DNA of 64,000 bases. Source: an uncultured Dehalococcoidia bacterium (GTDB lineage Bacteria > Chloroflexota > Dehalococcoidia > Bin125). This document shows positions 21,034 through 29,904 of the stretch, piece by piece; within the stretch, counting starts at the first letter, position 1, and every line of letters starts with the position of its first letter. The notes under the pieces are model-generated. The model was not told where the DNA came from. It saw only the letters and a program-made list of their open reading frames with translations, and did not search any database. A program made the position numbers and the translations under genes. The stretch covers positions 580,923 through 644,922 of the forward strand of contig CATQGW010000001.1 of NCBI GenBank assembly GCA_958295515.1. The letters run 5' to 3'.

Positions 21034-21746
21034 CATACGCCAGAGCACTTACGACAGACGGCATTCGACGAGCTCAGGAGTTCGTCAGGGCGTTGGGCAG
21101 TGACCCGGCCATGCCGCTCACCCCGCCGGATGACATTCTGTTCGATGCTCGATACTCGCGGGAGATCGAGCGAGCACCGAGAGTCGAACATCGCAGTTTC
21201 ACCACACGACGCGAAGCTGCCGAATACTTGGTTTCTCTTTCGCCCCCTCTCGATCAGCGCTCCGTAGATGACTGGCCATTTTGGTCGTGGTTGGGCCTGT
21301 GGCACCTGCCGGACATATTGCACACCGATGAGCGGCGCACTCGCATGTCGAGCGAAGAAGAGACGTTCGTTGTCGACCGAATGGACGGCCGGTCGCGACA
21401 AAGCAGGTACCGGAACTACCTGTGGACATCGTGGCGTCTTTACCAAGCGTTCGGCGAAGAGGCAGCATATCTCCTCGATCTCGACATCATGGAGATCGGA
21501 CAAATCACGCGACGAATCATTAACTCGCCGCGAATCTTCAACTCCGTTGGTGTCGTTCAACTAATTCTACGGCTCTATACGCGGGAGAAAAGGGCGAAGC
21601 GCGGCCGCAGAAACCGCCCTGGTGGGCTGGATCACCTCTTTCGCGTCCTCCCACAGCTCGAACTGACGCACGATGTCTATGGCATGTCGCCCGACGCGCT
21701 GCTGCGCATCTTGCCACCAGAGATCCAAAAGTGGGATGAGCGCTGA
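21030..21746 (+). CDS. Hypothetical protein, gene 3 of the GHKL cassette
   Basis: 238 aa ORF, ATGA overlap, Arg/Trp-rich (WPFWSWL, RYRNYLW). Confidence 0.8.
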   Translation: MTYARALTTDGIRRAQEFVRALGSDPAMPLTPPDDILFDARYSREIERAPRVEHRSFTTRREAAEYLVSLSPPLDQRSVDDWPFWSWLGLWHLPDILHTDERRTRMSSEEETFVVDRMDGRSRQSRYRNYLWTSWRLYQAFGEEAAYLLDLDIMEIGQITRRIINSPRIFNSVGVVQLILRLYTREKRAKRGRRNRPGGLDHLFRVLPQLELTHDVYGMSPDALLRILPPEIQKWDER

Positions 21747-21798
21747 CCCGCAGTCGCCTGAGACTGGCTACCATACCCACACACACAAGGAGGCACCC

Positions 21799-22905
21799 AT
21801 GCCCGTCGAATTCATCGGCATGATCGGCGTCAAGCCGTCCGAAGACAACGCCGCCGTCCACATCATCGGTGGCGGCATCTCCCGCGACTACCTCTGCGAC
21901 TTCACCCGCGCCCACGAGCAGGCCGGCTTCGACCAGGTGCTCGTCGGCTATACCTCCGCCGCCGCCGACGGCCTGCACGTCGCTCAGGCCGCCGCCGCCT
22001 GCACCGAGCGCATCAAATTCCTCATCGCCCACCGCCCCGGCTTCGTCCAGCCCACCCTCGCCGCACGCAAATTCGCCACCCTCGACTACTTCACCGGCGG
22101 GCGCGTCTCCGTCCACGTCATCTCCGGCGGACACGACACCGAGCAGCGCCGCGACGGCGACTGGGCCGACCACGACGCCCGCTACCGCCGCACCGACGAA
22201 TACCTCACCGTCATGCGCCGCACCCTCGCCGGCGGCGAACCATTCGACTTCCACGGCGAGTTCTACAACGTCGAAGGCGCCAACGCCGACGTCTGGCCCG
22301 TCCAGCACGGCGGCATCCCCATCTACTTCGGCGGCGCCTCCGACATCGCCTTCGAAACCGGCGTCAAGCACTGCGACGTCTACATGATGTGGGGCGAGCC
22401 CCGCGCCTCCATCGCCCGCACCATCGAGCGCGTCCGCGAAATGGCCGCCCGCCACAACCGCAGCCCCCGCCTCAGCGTCTCCTTCCGCCCCATCCTCGCC
22501 GCCACCGAAGAAGCCGCCTGGGAAAAAGCCGAGCGCTACCTCGCCAAAGTCAGCACCCTGTCCAAGCAGCCGCTCGACTTCCGCCCCCAGTCGCGCGGCT
22601 CCCAGCGCCTGCTCGAATGGGCCGCGCAGGGCGACATCCACGACGAGCGGCTCTGGATGCCCATCGCCGCCGCCACCGGCGCCGCAGGCAACACCTCCGC
22701 CCTCGTCGGCACCCCCGACCAGGTCGCCGAAGCCCTGCTCGCCTACTACGACCTCGGCGTCAGCACCATCCTCATCCGCGGCTTCGAGCCCCTGCCCGAC
22801 GCCGCCGACTACGGACGCGAACTCATCCCCACCGTCAAAGCCGAAGTCGCCAAACGCGACGCCGCCGCCGAGCAGCCCGCCCGCCAGACCGCGGCAGCCC
22901 GATGA
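21799..22905 (+). CDS. LLM-class flavin-dependent monooxygenase (SsuD-like)
   Basis: AHEQAGFD, FLIAHRPG, GNTSALVGTP; AAGGAGG RBS. Confidence 0.9.
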   Translation: MPVEFIGMIGVKPSEDNAAVHIIGGGISRDYLCDFTRAHEQAGFDQVLVGYTSAAADGLHVAQAAAACTERIKFLIAHRPGFVQPTLAARKFATLDYFTGGRVSVHVISGGHDTEQRRDGDWADHDARYRRTDEYLTVMRRTLAGGEPFDFHGEFYNVEGANADVWPVQHGGIPIYFGGASDIAFETGVKHCDVYMMWGEPRASIARTIERVREMAARHNRSPRLSVSFRPILAATEEAAWEKAERYLAKVSTLSKQPLDFRPQSRGSQRLLEWAAQGDIHDERLWMPIAAATGAAGNTSALVGTPDQVAEALLAYYDLGVSTILIRGFEPLPDAADYGRELIPTVKAEVAKRDAAAEQPARQTAAAR

Positions 22906-24050
22906 GCGCCGCCGCCGACGCCGAGCGCCGCATCCGCGCCTTCGAGGAGATGGGCTGGCATCGCACCGGCTGGGAAGCCGACAACCAGGCAGCCGACTGG
23001 CTAATCGCCGAGCTCCAGACCGCCGGCATCGAAGCCCGCGCGCAACCCTTCCGCGCCCCCCGCTGGCACTGGAACAAGGCGGAAGTGCGGGTCGCGGGTC
23101 ACAGGATCATCGGTGAACCCATGAGCGACGGAGGTCCCGCGCCTGGAATGGGCGTAGTGGCCCCGCTTCTCCGCGAACCTCGCCACAACACCATGTCCAT
23201 CATCGTGTGGCAGCCCACGATCGACGATCCGCGTCGTCTCGGTCCTGAAATCTATGACCACCTTGACCATCTGGAGGCGCAGGGTGCGCAAGGCGTAGTG
23301 CTTTTGATGGACGACGAGGACGGATACGGCATCCTGCGCAACGCCGAACGGCCGTGGGATCCCATTCGCCTGCCGGTGCTCCAAATCGCACCGAAAGAGG
23401 CAGGCCCGCTCCTGGACAATGAGGGGGAAACCGCCGGGCTTGTGATCACAGGCCGCCGCGAAGAAGTCCAGGCGCTCAACGTCCTCGCCGAAATCCCCGG
23501 CGCCGACCTCAACGCCGCGCCCGTCACCCTCATGACGCCCAAATCCGGCTGGTTCACCTGCGCCGCCGAGCGCGGCGGCGGCATCGCCGTCTGGCTCGCC
23601 GTCGCCGAACGGATCGCCGCCCAGCGCCCCCGCCGCACTCTCCAACTCGTCGCCAGCAGCGGCCACGAACTGCACCACCTCGGCCTCGATGCCTACCTCG
23701 AATCGCTCGGCGACGCCGCCTCCAAAGTCTCCGCCTGGATCCACCTCGGCGCCGCAATCGGCGCAAAACGCGGCACCCCCAGCCTCGCCGCCTCCGACGA
23801 CGAACTGATGACCATTGCCCAATCCGCCCTCTCCGCCTCCGGCATCGAGCGCGACCCATTCCCCGTCGGACGCTCCGGCTACGGCGAAGCCCGCAACATC
23901 GCCGAAATCGGCGGCCGCTACATCTCCCTACTAGGCGGCCACCCCTACTTCCACAGCCCCCAGGACACCTTCGACAACGCCGTAGACCTCAACCTACTCA
24001 CCCGCCACATCAACGCCGTAGAAACAATGACGCGAGAACTGCTGGCCTGA
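22902..24050 (+). CDS. Zn-peptidase-like (M28-like) hydrolase with PA-like insert
   Basis: GWHRTG, SGHELHHLG, FHSPQD resemble M28 ligand regions; ATGA overlap with the LLM gene. Confidence 0.55.
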   Translation: MSAAADAERRIRAFEEMGWHRTGWEADNQAADWLIAELQTAGIEARAQPFRAPRWHWNKAEVRVAGHRIIGEPMSDGGPAPGMGVVAPLLREPRHNTMSIIVWQPTIDDPRRLGPEIYDHLDHLEAQGAQGVVLLMDDEDGYGILRNAERPWDPIRLPVLQIAPKEAGPLLDNEGETAGLVITGRREEVQALNVLAEIPGADLNAAPVTLMTPKSGWFTCAAERGGGIAVWLAVAERIAAQRPRRTLQLVASSGHELHHLGLDAYLESLGDAASKVSAWIHLGAAIGAKRGTPSLAASDDELMTIAQSALSASGIERDPFPVGRSGYGEARNIAEIGGRYISLLGGHPYFHSPQDTFDNAVDLNLLTRHINAVETMTRELLA

Positions 24051-24111
24051 TGCCGCCGGCAGGAGTGACCGAATAGACTGCAAGCGCACCAACGCGAAAG
24101 GCTGCCTCGAA

Positions 24112-26397
24112 GTGAAGAACGCGCCAAAGCCCGAAAATCTGTCGCTGCAGAGCCTGCTCTCGCGCCTCAGCGAGGGACGCTTCGTGATCCCCGACTTCCA
24201 GCGGGAATTCGAGTGGGAGCCCAAAGACATCCTCGAGCTGATGCGCTCCCTCTTCCTCGATTACTACATCGGAAGCTTGCTCCTCTGGCGCGGGCGCAAC
24301 GAGACGTTCGCGGCGCTGGCGTGTAAGCCGCTCGCGGTCTTCGCCGGCGACAACGGAGGCAGTCCGGAGCACATCGTGCTTGACGGGCAGCAGCGCCTCT
24401 CGGCGATGTACTACGCATTCATGGCGCCGTCGGTCCCCGCACCAAACCGGAAGGTCCGGTACTTGTACTTCATCCGCATCGATAAATGGGCGGACGACGA
24501 ACCTGACGAGGCTTTCGTCTACGACTGGACGCGCCGTGGCACAAACCTACTCGACGATCGCGAAGAGCAATTTGCCCGTCAGATGCTCCCACTCGCAACG
24601 ATCGGCAATGCCGGTCGGCGTGGGGTTTGGGACTGGTTCCGCGATTACGAGACATTCTGGGAGGAGAAGCGTGGCGCTGCCGATTCGACAGGTCGCACAG
24701 CAGAGCGCGGTCAAGCTCAGCGGTGCATCGAGCAAGGTAGCGAGTTTGCCGATCACCTTGATGAGATGCTGCGCGAATACCAAATCTCCTACATTGAGCT
24801 TGATCAAGAGCTCGAGATCGATAAGGTCTGCGACACCTTCACACGGATCAACAGCCGCGGCATCCGACTCGACATATTCGACCTGATGAACGCTCTCCTG
24901 CGACCGAAAGACCTCCGACTCAAGGACATGTGGCGAGAGGTTGCGCCTGATCTGGAGTTCATCAGCTCAAGTCGGTCCGATGTCTACGTACTGCAGGTGA
25001 TGTCGATCCTCGCGCAGAACTACTGCTCACCGAAGTACCTGTACCATCTCCTCCCCGGCGAGAAGCGCCGCATTCGCAAGCCGGATGGATCCAGCGCCGA
25101 TCAAGTGCTGGTGCCCGATGCCGAAGACTTTGAGCGCCGTTGGTTGGAAGCCGTGGCGATCATCAAGAGCGGCGTCGCGCGGCTGAGCCATCCTCAAGAC
25201 TTCGGAGCGATCTCCTCAGCCCTCCTCCCGTACGCCTCGATCCTCCCAGCGTTTTGCTCGGTGCTGCACATCGCAAATTCTGCGCCCGACGCTGAGCGAC
25301 TCACGGCTGCACGCAAGGTTCGCGATTGGTACTGGGCGAGCGTGTTCACGAATCGATACTCCGGGGCGGTTGAGTCCACGGCGGCGCGCGATGTCCTTGA
25401 CGTAAGGCAATGGATCAACAACGACGATGCCGTACCAGATGTGATCGCTGCACTTCCCGAACGCATGCGGACACTGGACCTACGAAGCGAAACGCGCCCT
25501 GCGGCATCGGTGTATAAAGGAGTGCTCAACCTGATCATTATGAACGGCGCCCGCGATTGGGCGTCCGACGCGCCACCGCAGCCGGACGACATCGATTCCT
25601 ATCACATCATTCCCAAGTCGTGGGGAAGAGCGAATCGTCTCGGCAAACGGATCGACACCGTTCTGAACCGCGTTCCCCTGTCCTCGGAAACCAATCGGGA
25701 CATCATCGGCAAGCAGCTCCCAAATCAGTACCTACGCGAGTGGATCGACAGAACAGGAGAAGCGTCCGTCCGCGAGACGCTGCGAACTCATCTGATCTCG
25801 GACACGGCATTCGACATTCTGTGCCGCGACCCGTTCGAGAAAGACGACTTCGAAGCATTTCTGTCGGAACGTCAACGAACCATCCAACAGGCGATTGAAG
25901 TGCTGTTGATCAAGGGGCGGCTCGATCTGACTCCGGACCTGAGGGAAATGGATAGGCGCGTTGAGGTCGTTGAGCTCGAACTGCGAAAGCTTGTTGTGGC
26001 TACTCTCAACAGCGACTCACAAAGAGTGCCTCAGAGCGTGCGCGTGAAATGGCAGCCGCGAATCGAAACGATCAAGCGCAAGCAGCCAGGACTCGCAGCC
26101 GACGCATTCGACACCCTGCGAGTGCAGCTGGAGTACGCCGACCTGAGCGAGCTTGGCGAGATCATTCTCAACAAGGCGCTGTGGCTAGACTTCCAACCGG
26201 TGTTCAACGCGAAGCCGCTCGTGCAGAGCCGCTTCGCACAGCTCGGCGAGCTGCGCAATGCGATCCGCCACACCCGCACCGTGACGCCCGTCGTCCAAAA
26301 AGACGGCGAAGCGGCACTGCTGTGGTTCGACCAGGCGCTGGGCATGGCGGGGCTTCGGAGGTCGGACGGAGAGATTCCCGCTCGGGGGCGGGAATGA
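24112..26397 (+). CDS. GmrSD-family (DUF262 + HNH-like) protein with C-terminal HEPN domain
   Basis: IPDFQREFEW, LDGQQRL, FTRINS (DUF262); YHIIP...LN...ETN (DUF1524-like); RNAIRH (RxxxxH). Confidence 0.85.
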   Translation: MKNAPKPENLSLQSLLSRLSEGRFVIPDFQREFEWEPKDILELMRSLFLDYYIGSLLLWRGRNETFAALACKPLAVFAGDNGGSPEHIVLDGQQRLSAMYYAFMAPSVPAPNRKVRYLYFIRIDKWADDEPDEAFVYDWTRRGTNLLDDREEQFARQMLPLATIGNAGRRGVWDWFRDYETFWEEKRGAADSTGRTAERGQAQRCIEQGSEFADHLDEMLREYQISYIELDQELEIDKVCDTFTRINSRGIRLDIFDLMNALLRPKDLRLKDMWREVAPDLEFISSSRSDVYVLQVMSILAQNYCSPKYLYHLLPGEKRRIRKPDGSSADQVLVPDAEDFERRWLEAVAIIKSGVARLSHPQDFGAISSALLPYASILPAFCSVLHIANSAPDAERLTAARKVRDWYWASVFTNRYSGAVESTAARDVLDVRQWINNDDAVPDVIAALPERMRTLDLRSETRPAASVYKGVLNLIIMNGARDWASDAPPQPDDIDSYHIIPKSWGRANRLGKRIDTVLNRVPLSSETNRDIIGKQLPNQYLREWIDRTGEASVRETLRTHLISDTAFDILCRDPFEKDDFEAFLSERQRTIQQAIEVLLIKGRLDLTPDLREMDRRVEVVELELRKLVVATLNSDSQRVPQSVRVKWQPRIETIKRKQPGLAADAFDTLRVQLEYADLSELGEIILNKALWLDFQPVFNAKPLVQSRFAQLGELRNAIRHTRTVTPVVQKDGEAALLWFDQALGMAGLRRSDGEIPARGRE

Positions 26398-26399
26398 CG
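26371..26399. repeat. REP-like palindrome half-element
   Basis: GAGATTCCCGC-tcgggg-GCGGGAATGACG; same family as 55124-55151. Confidence 0.65.
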
Positions 26400-26440
26400 A
26401 GGAAGACCGCCCTTTCCAGCAGGCGCGATACGCTCCCCCT

Positions 26441-27388
26441 GTGCCGCCTCAGCTGATCGCCGCCATCAACATTCGGATCAACCCCGTCCTGATCGACGCG
26501 GGCGGCTTTGAGATCACCTGGCACGGATTGTTCACCGCCCTCGGCATCGCCGCCGGAGTCTGGCTCGCCATTCGGCTCGCGCGGCAGGCGCGGCTCAACG
26601 AGGACGACTCGATGAGCATCGCCGTCGTCTCCGTCGTCTCCGGCATCATCGGCGCTCGCGTCCTCTGGATCCTCGAACACACCGACCAGATTCAGAACGT
26701 CGGCGACCTCTTCGCCCTGACCGACGGCGGCATCTCGATCTACGGCGCAATGATCGGCGGCGTGCTCGGCGGCTTCATCTACGTCTCCCTCTTCAAACCC
26801 AAATTCCCCAAGTGGGTCGCGCTCGATGTCGCCGCCCCCGGCATGATCCTCGGCCAGGCCATCGGCCGCTTCGGCGACTTCGCCAACGGCGAACATTTCG
26901 CCTCCCAGACCAACCTGCCCTGGGCCTTCCGTTACACCCACCCCCAGACCGACGGGCCCTGGGCGATCTGGGAGAACGGCGAAACCGTCGGTGGCTGGTT
27001 CCGCGGCGCGCTCGACCGCGCCGGCGAAGCGCCGGTGCCCGTGCATCCCGTCGCCGGCGGCTACGAGCCGATCCTTGACTTCATCATCCTCGGCATTCTG
27101 CTCTGGATGCGGCGCTTCCCAATCGGCGACGGCTGGCGCTTCGTCGTCTACGTCCTCGCCTACGCCCTGGTGCGCGGCACACTCTCGATCATGCGCACCG
27201 ACGAAGCGCTGGCCATCGGCGCGCTCTCCGTACCCCAGATCACCGCAATCGTCACCGGCGCGGCCGCCCTGCTGATCGCCGCCTGGCTGCTCTACCGCTC
27301 CCGCGCCGGCGATCGCGGCTCCGGCGGCGGACGCGGCCCCGCCCCGCCCCGCGGCCGCCTGCGCCGCGGCGGTCTCGCCCGAGGCTGA
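26441..27388 (+). CDS. lgt: Prolipoprotein diacylglyceryl transferase
   Basis: ITWHG, IIGAR, GGISIYG, GQAIGRFGDFANGE, HP...YE motifs. Confidence 0.9.
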   Translation: MPPQLIAAINIRINPVLIDAGGFEITWHGLFTALGIAAGVWLAIRLARQARLNEDDSMSIAVVSVVSGIIGARVLWILEHTDQIQNVGDLFALTDGGISIYGAMIGGVLGGFIYVSLFKPKFPKWVALDVAAPGMILGQAIGRFGDFANGEHFASQTNLPWAFRYTHPQTDGPWAIWENGETVGGWFRGALDRAGEAPVPVHPVAGGYEPILDFIILGILLWMRRFPIGDGWRFVVYVLAYALVRGTLSIMRTDEALAIGALSVPQITAIVTGAAALLIAAWLLYRSRAGDRGSGGGRGPAPPRGRLRRGGLARG

Positions 27389-27393
27389 CCCCG

Positions 27394-27675
27394 ATGAACC
27401 CCGAGCCGCGCATCCTGCTCTACCGTCGCGCCGAGTGCCACGCCTGCGACCGCGCCGCCGAGGCCATCCGCTCGATCGCCGCCGCCCTCAACCTGCCCTG
27501 GCAAACGCGCTGCATCGATGGCGACGAAGACCTCGAGGCGCGTCACGGCCGCCGCATCCCCGTCGTCTCCCTACAACGCGGCGACCAAGAACTCGAGCTG
27601 GCCGCCGAGCAGGTCAACGCCGCCGCGCTGGCCCGCCGCCTGCGCGCGGCCCTGACTACGCCTCGCCCAGATTGA
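27394..27675 (+). CDS. Glutaredoxin-like protein (DUF836)
   Basis: [15 protein letters not shown]. Confidence 0.75.
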   Translation: MNPEPRILLYRRAECHACDRAAEAIRSIAAALNLPWQTRCIDGDEDLEARHGRRIPVVSLQRGDQELELAAEQVNAAALARRLRAALTTPRPD

Positions 27676-28384
27676 TCGCGTGCAGCCCGCACTCCTTCTG
27701 CGTCGCCTCTTCCCACCACCAGCGCCCTGCCCGCTCGTGCTCGCCCGGATGCGTCGCCCGCGTACACGGCTCGCAGCCGATCGACTTAAATCCGCGGTCG
27801 TGCAGCGGGTTGTAGGGCACGCCGTAGGTCTGGATGTAATCCCAAACCTGCTGCGAGCGAAAGTTGGCCAAAGGGTTGAACTTCACCCGCATCCCGTCGT
27901 GCTGCACGACCGGCAGCTCCGCGCGCGTGCCCGGGCTCTGATCCTTGCGCTGCCCCGTCGCGAACGCCGCCACGCCCTCCAGCGCGCGCGCCAGCGGCTC
28001 AACCTTGCGAATGCCGCAGCACTCCCCGTGCCCGTCGCGCCGGAAGGAGAACAGCCCCTTCTCGCGCACCAGCGCCTCCACCGCCTCCGCCTGCGGGCTG
28101 AACGCCTCGATCGTGATCCCGTAGCGCTCGCGCACCGTCTCGATGTACGCCAACGTCTCGCCGTGCAAGCGCCCCGTGTCGAGCGAGAACACGCGGAATC
28201 CGTCGGGACCGACCGCGCGCTGCGCCATATCGATCAGCACCGCATCCTCCGCCCCGCTGAACGAGATGCTCAGTCCGGGAAAGCGATCCAGCGCCTCCGC
28301 GACGATGTCCGCGGGATGCGCGCGATCCAGCCGCACAGCGGCCTCCGCGATGTCGTATCCGCTGATCAACAGTTGGTGTGACAT
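27656..28384 (-). CDS. cysH: APS/PAPS reductase, 4Fe-4S APS-type
   Basis: [32 protein letters not shown]. Confidence 0.93.
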   Translation of the reverse strand: MSHQLLISGYDIAEAAVRLDRAHPADIVAEALDRFPGLSISFSGAEDAVLIDMAQRAVGPDGFRVFSLDTGRLHGETLAYIETVRERYGITIEAFSPQAEAVEALVREKGLFSFRRDGHGECCGIRKVEPLARALEGVAAFATGQRKDQSPGTRAELPVVQHDGMRVKFNPLANFRSQQVWDYIQTYGVPYNPLHDRGFKSIGCEPCTRATHPGEHERAGRWWWEEATQKECGLHAINLGEA

Positions 28385-28407
28385 GCGACACTCACAAAGT
28401 CTGGGCG

Positions 28408-28432
28408 AAATCGGACCATTTCGGTTAGGATT
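28408..28432. promoter_or_regulatory. Putative Rrf2 (IscR/CymR-like) operator
   Basis: AAATCGGACCATTTCGGTTAGGATT: AT-rich imperfect palindrome resembling IscR type-1 sites, between divergent cysH and rrf2. Confidence 0.45.
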
Positions 28433-28490
28433 GTCAGCATCGTAGCGCCGAGCCCCGCCTGGGGGCAGAGGAGCGGCTGGTGCAGCCCGC

Positions 28491-28925
28491 ATGATGAAGC
28501 TGTCGAGCAAGAGCGACTACGGCATCCGCGCGCTGGTCGACCTCGCCCAGCACGCCGGCGCCGGGCCGATCCCCAGCAGCGAGATCGCGCTGCGCCAGGC
28601 GATCCCCGCCTCGCTCGTCGGCCAGGTGCTCGGACGCCTGCGCACCGCCGGCTTCATCCGCTCCACGCGCGGCGCGCAGGGCGGACACCAACTCGCCGTC
28701 CCCGCCGACGCCATCCGCCTCGATGTCGTCGTCCAGTCCCTCGAAGGCCCCATCTCACCCGGCGCCTGCCTCGACGAAGCGCCGATCGAGCGCTGTACCG
28801 GGGCCGCCGCACAAGTCCGCCTCTGGGCGGATGTGCAGGCGGCCATCCTGGAGGTGCTCAACGGACGCACCGTCGAGGACCTCGCCCAACAACAGGCCGC
28901 GGCCGGCAGCCGCTACCAAATCTGA
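28491..28925 (+). CDS. Rrf2-family regulator (CymR/IscR-like)
   Basis: [27 protein letters not shown]-terminal YQI. Confidence 0.9.
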   Translation: MMKLSSKSDYGIRALVDLAQHAGAGPIPSSEIALRQAIPASLVGQVLGRLRTAGFIRSTRGAQGGHQLAVPADAIRLDVVVQSLEGPISPGACLDEAPIERCTGAAAQVRLWADVQAAILEVLNGRTVEDLAQQQAAAGSRYQI

Positions 28926-28960
28926 CCGATGACCCGAGCAACGAAATCCCCGAGACGCCC

Positions 28961-29893
28961 GTGACCCTCCAGCGACCGCCCGTCGCCGACACCGTGCTCG
29001 ACCTGATCGGCGCGACCCCGATGCTGCGCCTGCGCCGCATCGCCCCGCCCGACGCCGCCGAAATCGTCGCCAAGCTCGAATCGCTCAATCCCGGCGGCTC
29101 GGTCAAAGACCGCATCGCGCGCGCGATGATCGAAGACGCCGAGTGCAGCGGCGCACTCAAACCCGGCGACACCATCGTCGAGCCCACCTCCGGCAACACC
29201 GGCGTCGGCCTCGCGCTCGTCGCCGCCGTCAAGGGCTACCGCCTGGTCCTAACCATGCCCGAAGACATGAGCCGCGAACGCCGCCGCCTGCTCGAACGCT
29301 TCGGCGCGGAAGTCCTGCTCACCCCCGCCATCGAGGGCATGACCGGCGCAGTCTTCGCCGCCGAGGAACTCTCCCGCGAACCCAACCACTTCATGCCCCA
29401 GCAGTTCCTCAACCTCTCCAACCCCGAAATCCACCGCCGCACCACCGCGCCCGAAATCTGGGCCGCGCTCGACGGCAAACTCGACGCCTTCGTGACCGGC
29501 GTGGGTACGGGCGGTACGATCACGGGCGTCGGCGAATGGCTGCGCGAGCGCATCCCCGACCTGCGAATCGTCGCCGTCGAACCCCTGCGCTCGCCCGTCC
29601 TCCAGGGCGGACGCTTCGCCGTTCATCAAATCCAGGGCATCGGCGCATCCTTCGTGCCCGGTGTGCTGAACCGCGAGGTCTACGACGAGGTGATCGGCGT
29701 GAGCGACGAAGACGCGATCGCAATGACCGCGCGTCTCACCCGCGAGGAAGGCGTGCTCGCTGGCATCTCCTCCGGCGCCAACGTCCACGCCGCCGTCGAA
29801 ATCGCTCGCCGACTCGGCCCCGGCCGGCGCGTCGTGACCACCATCTGCGACACCGGCGAGCGCTATCTGAGCATGCCCTTCGAGGGCGAATGA
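28961..29893 (+). CDS. cysK: Cysteine synthase A
   Basis: NPGGSVKDR (PLP Lys), EPTSGNTG, GTGGT, IQGIG, DTGERYLS. Confidence 0.93.
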   Translation: MTLQRPPVADTVLDLIGATPMLRLRRIAPPDAAEIVAKLESLNPGGSVKDRIARAMIEDAECSGALKPGDTIVEPTSGNTGVGLALVAAVKGYRLVLTMPEDMSRERRRLLERFGAEVLLTPAIEGMTGAVFAAEELSREPNHFMPQQFLNLSNPEIHRRTTAPEIWAALDGKLDAFVTGVGTGGTITGVGEWLRERIPDLRIVAVEPLRSPVLQGGRFAVHQIQGIGASFVPGVLNREVYDEVIGVSDEDAIAMTARLTREEGVLAGISSGANVHAAVEIARRLGPGRRVVTTICDTGERYLSMPFEGE

Positions 29894-29904
29894 GGGAACT
29901 ACCC

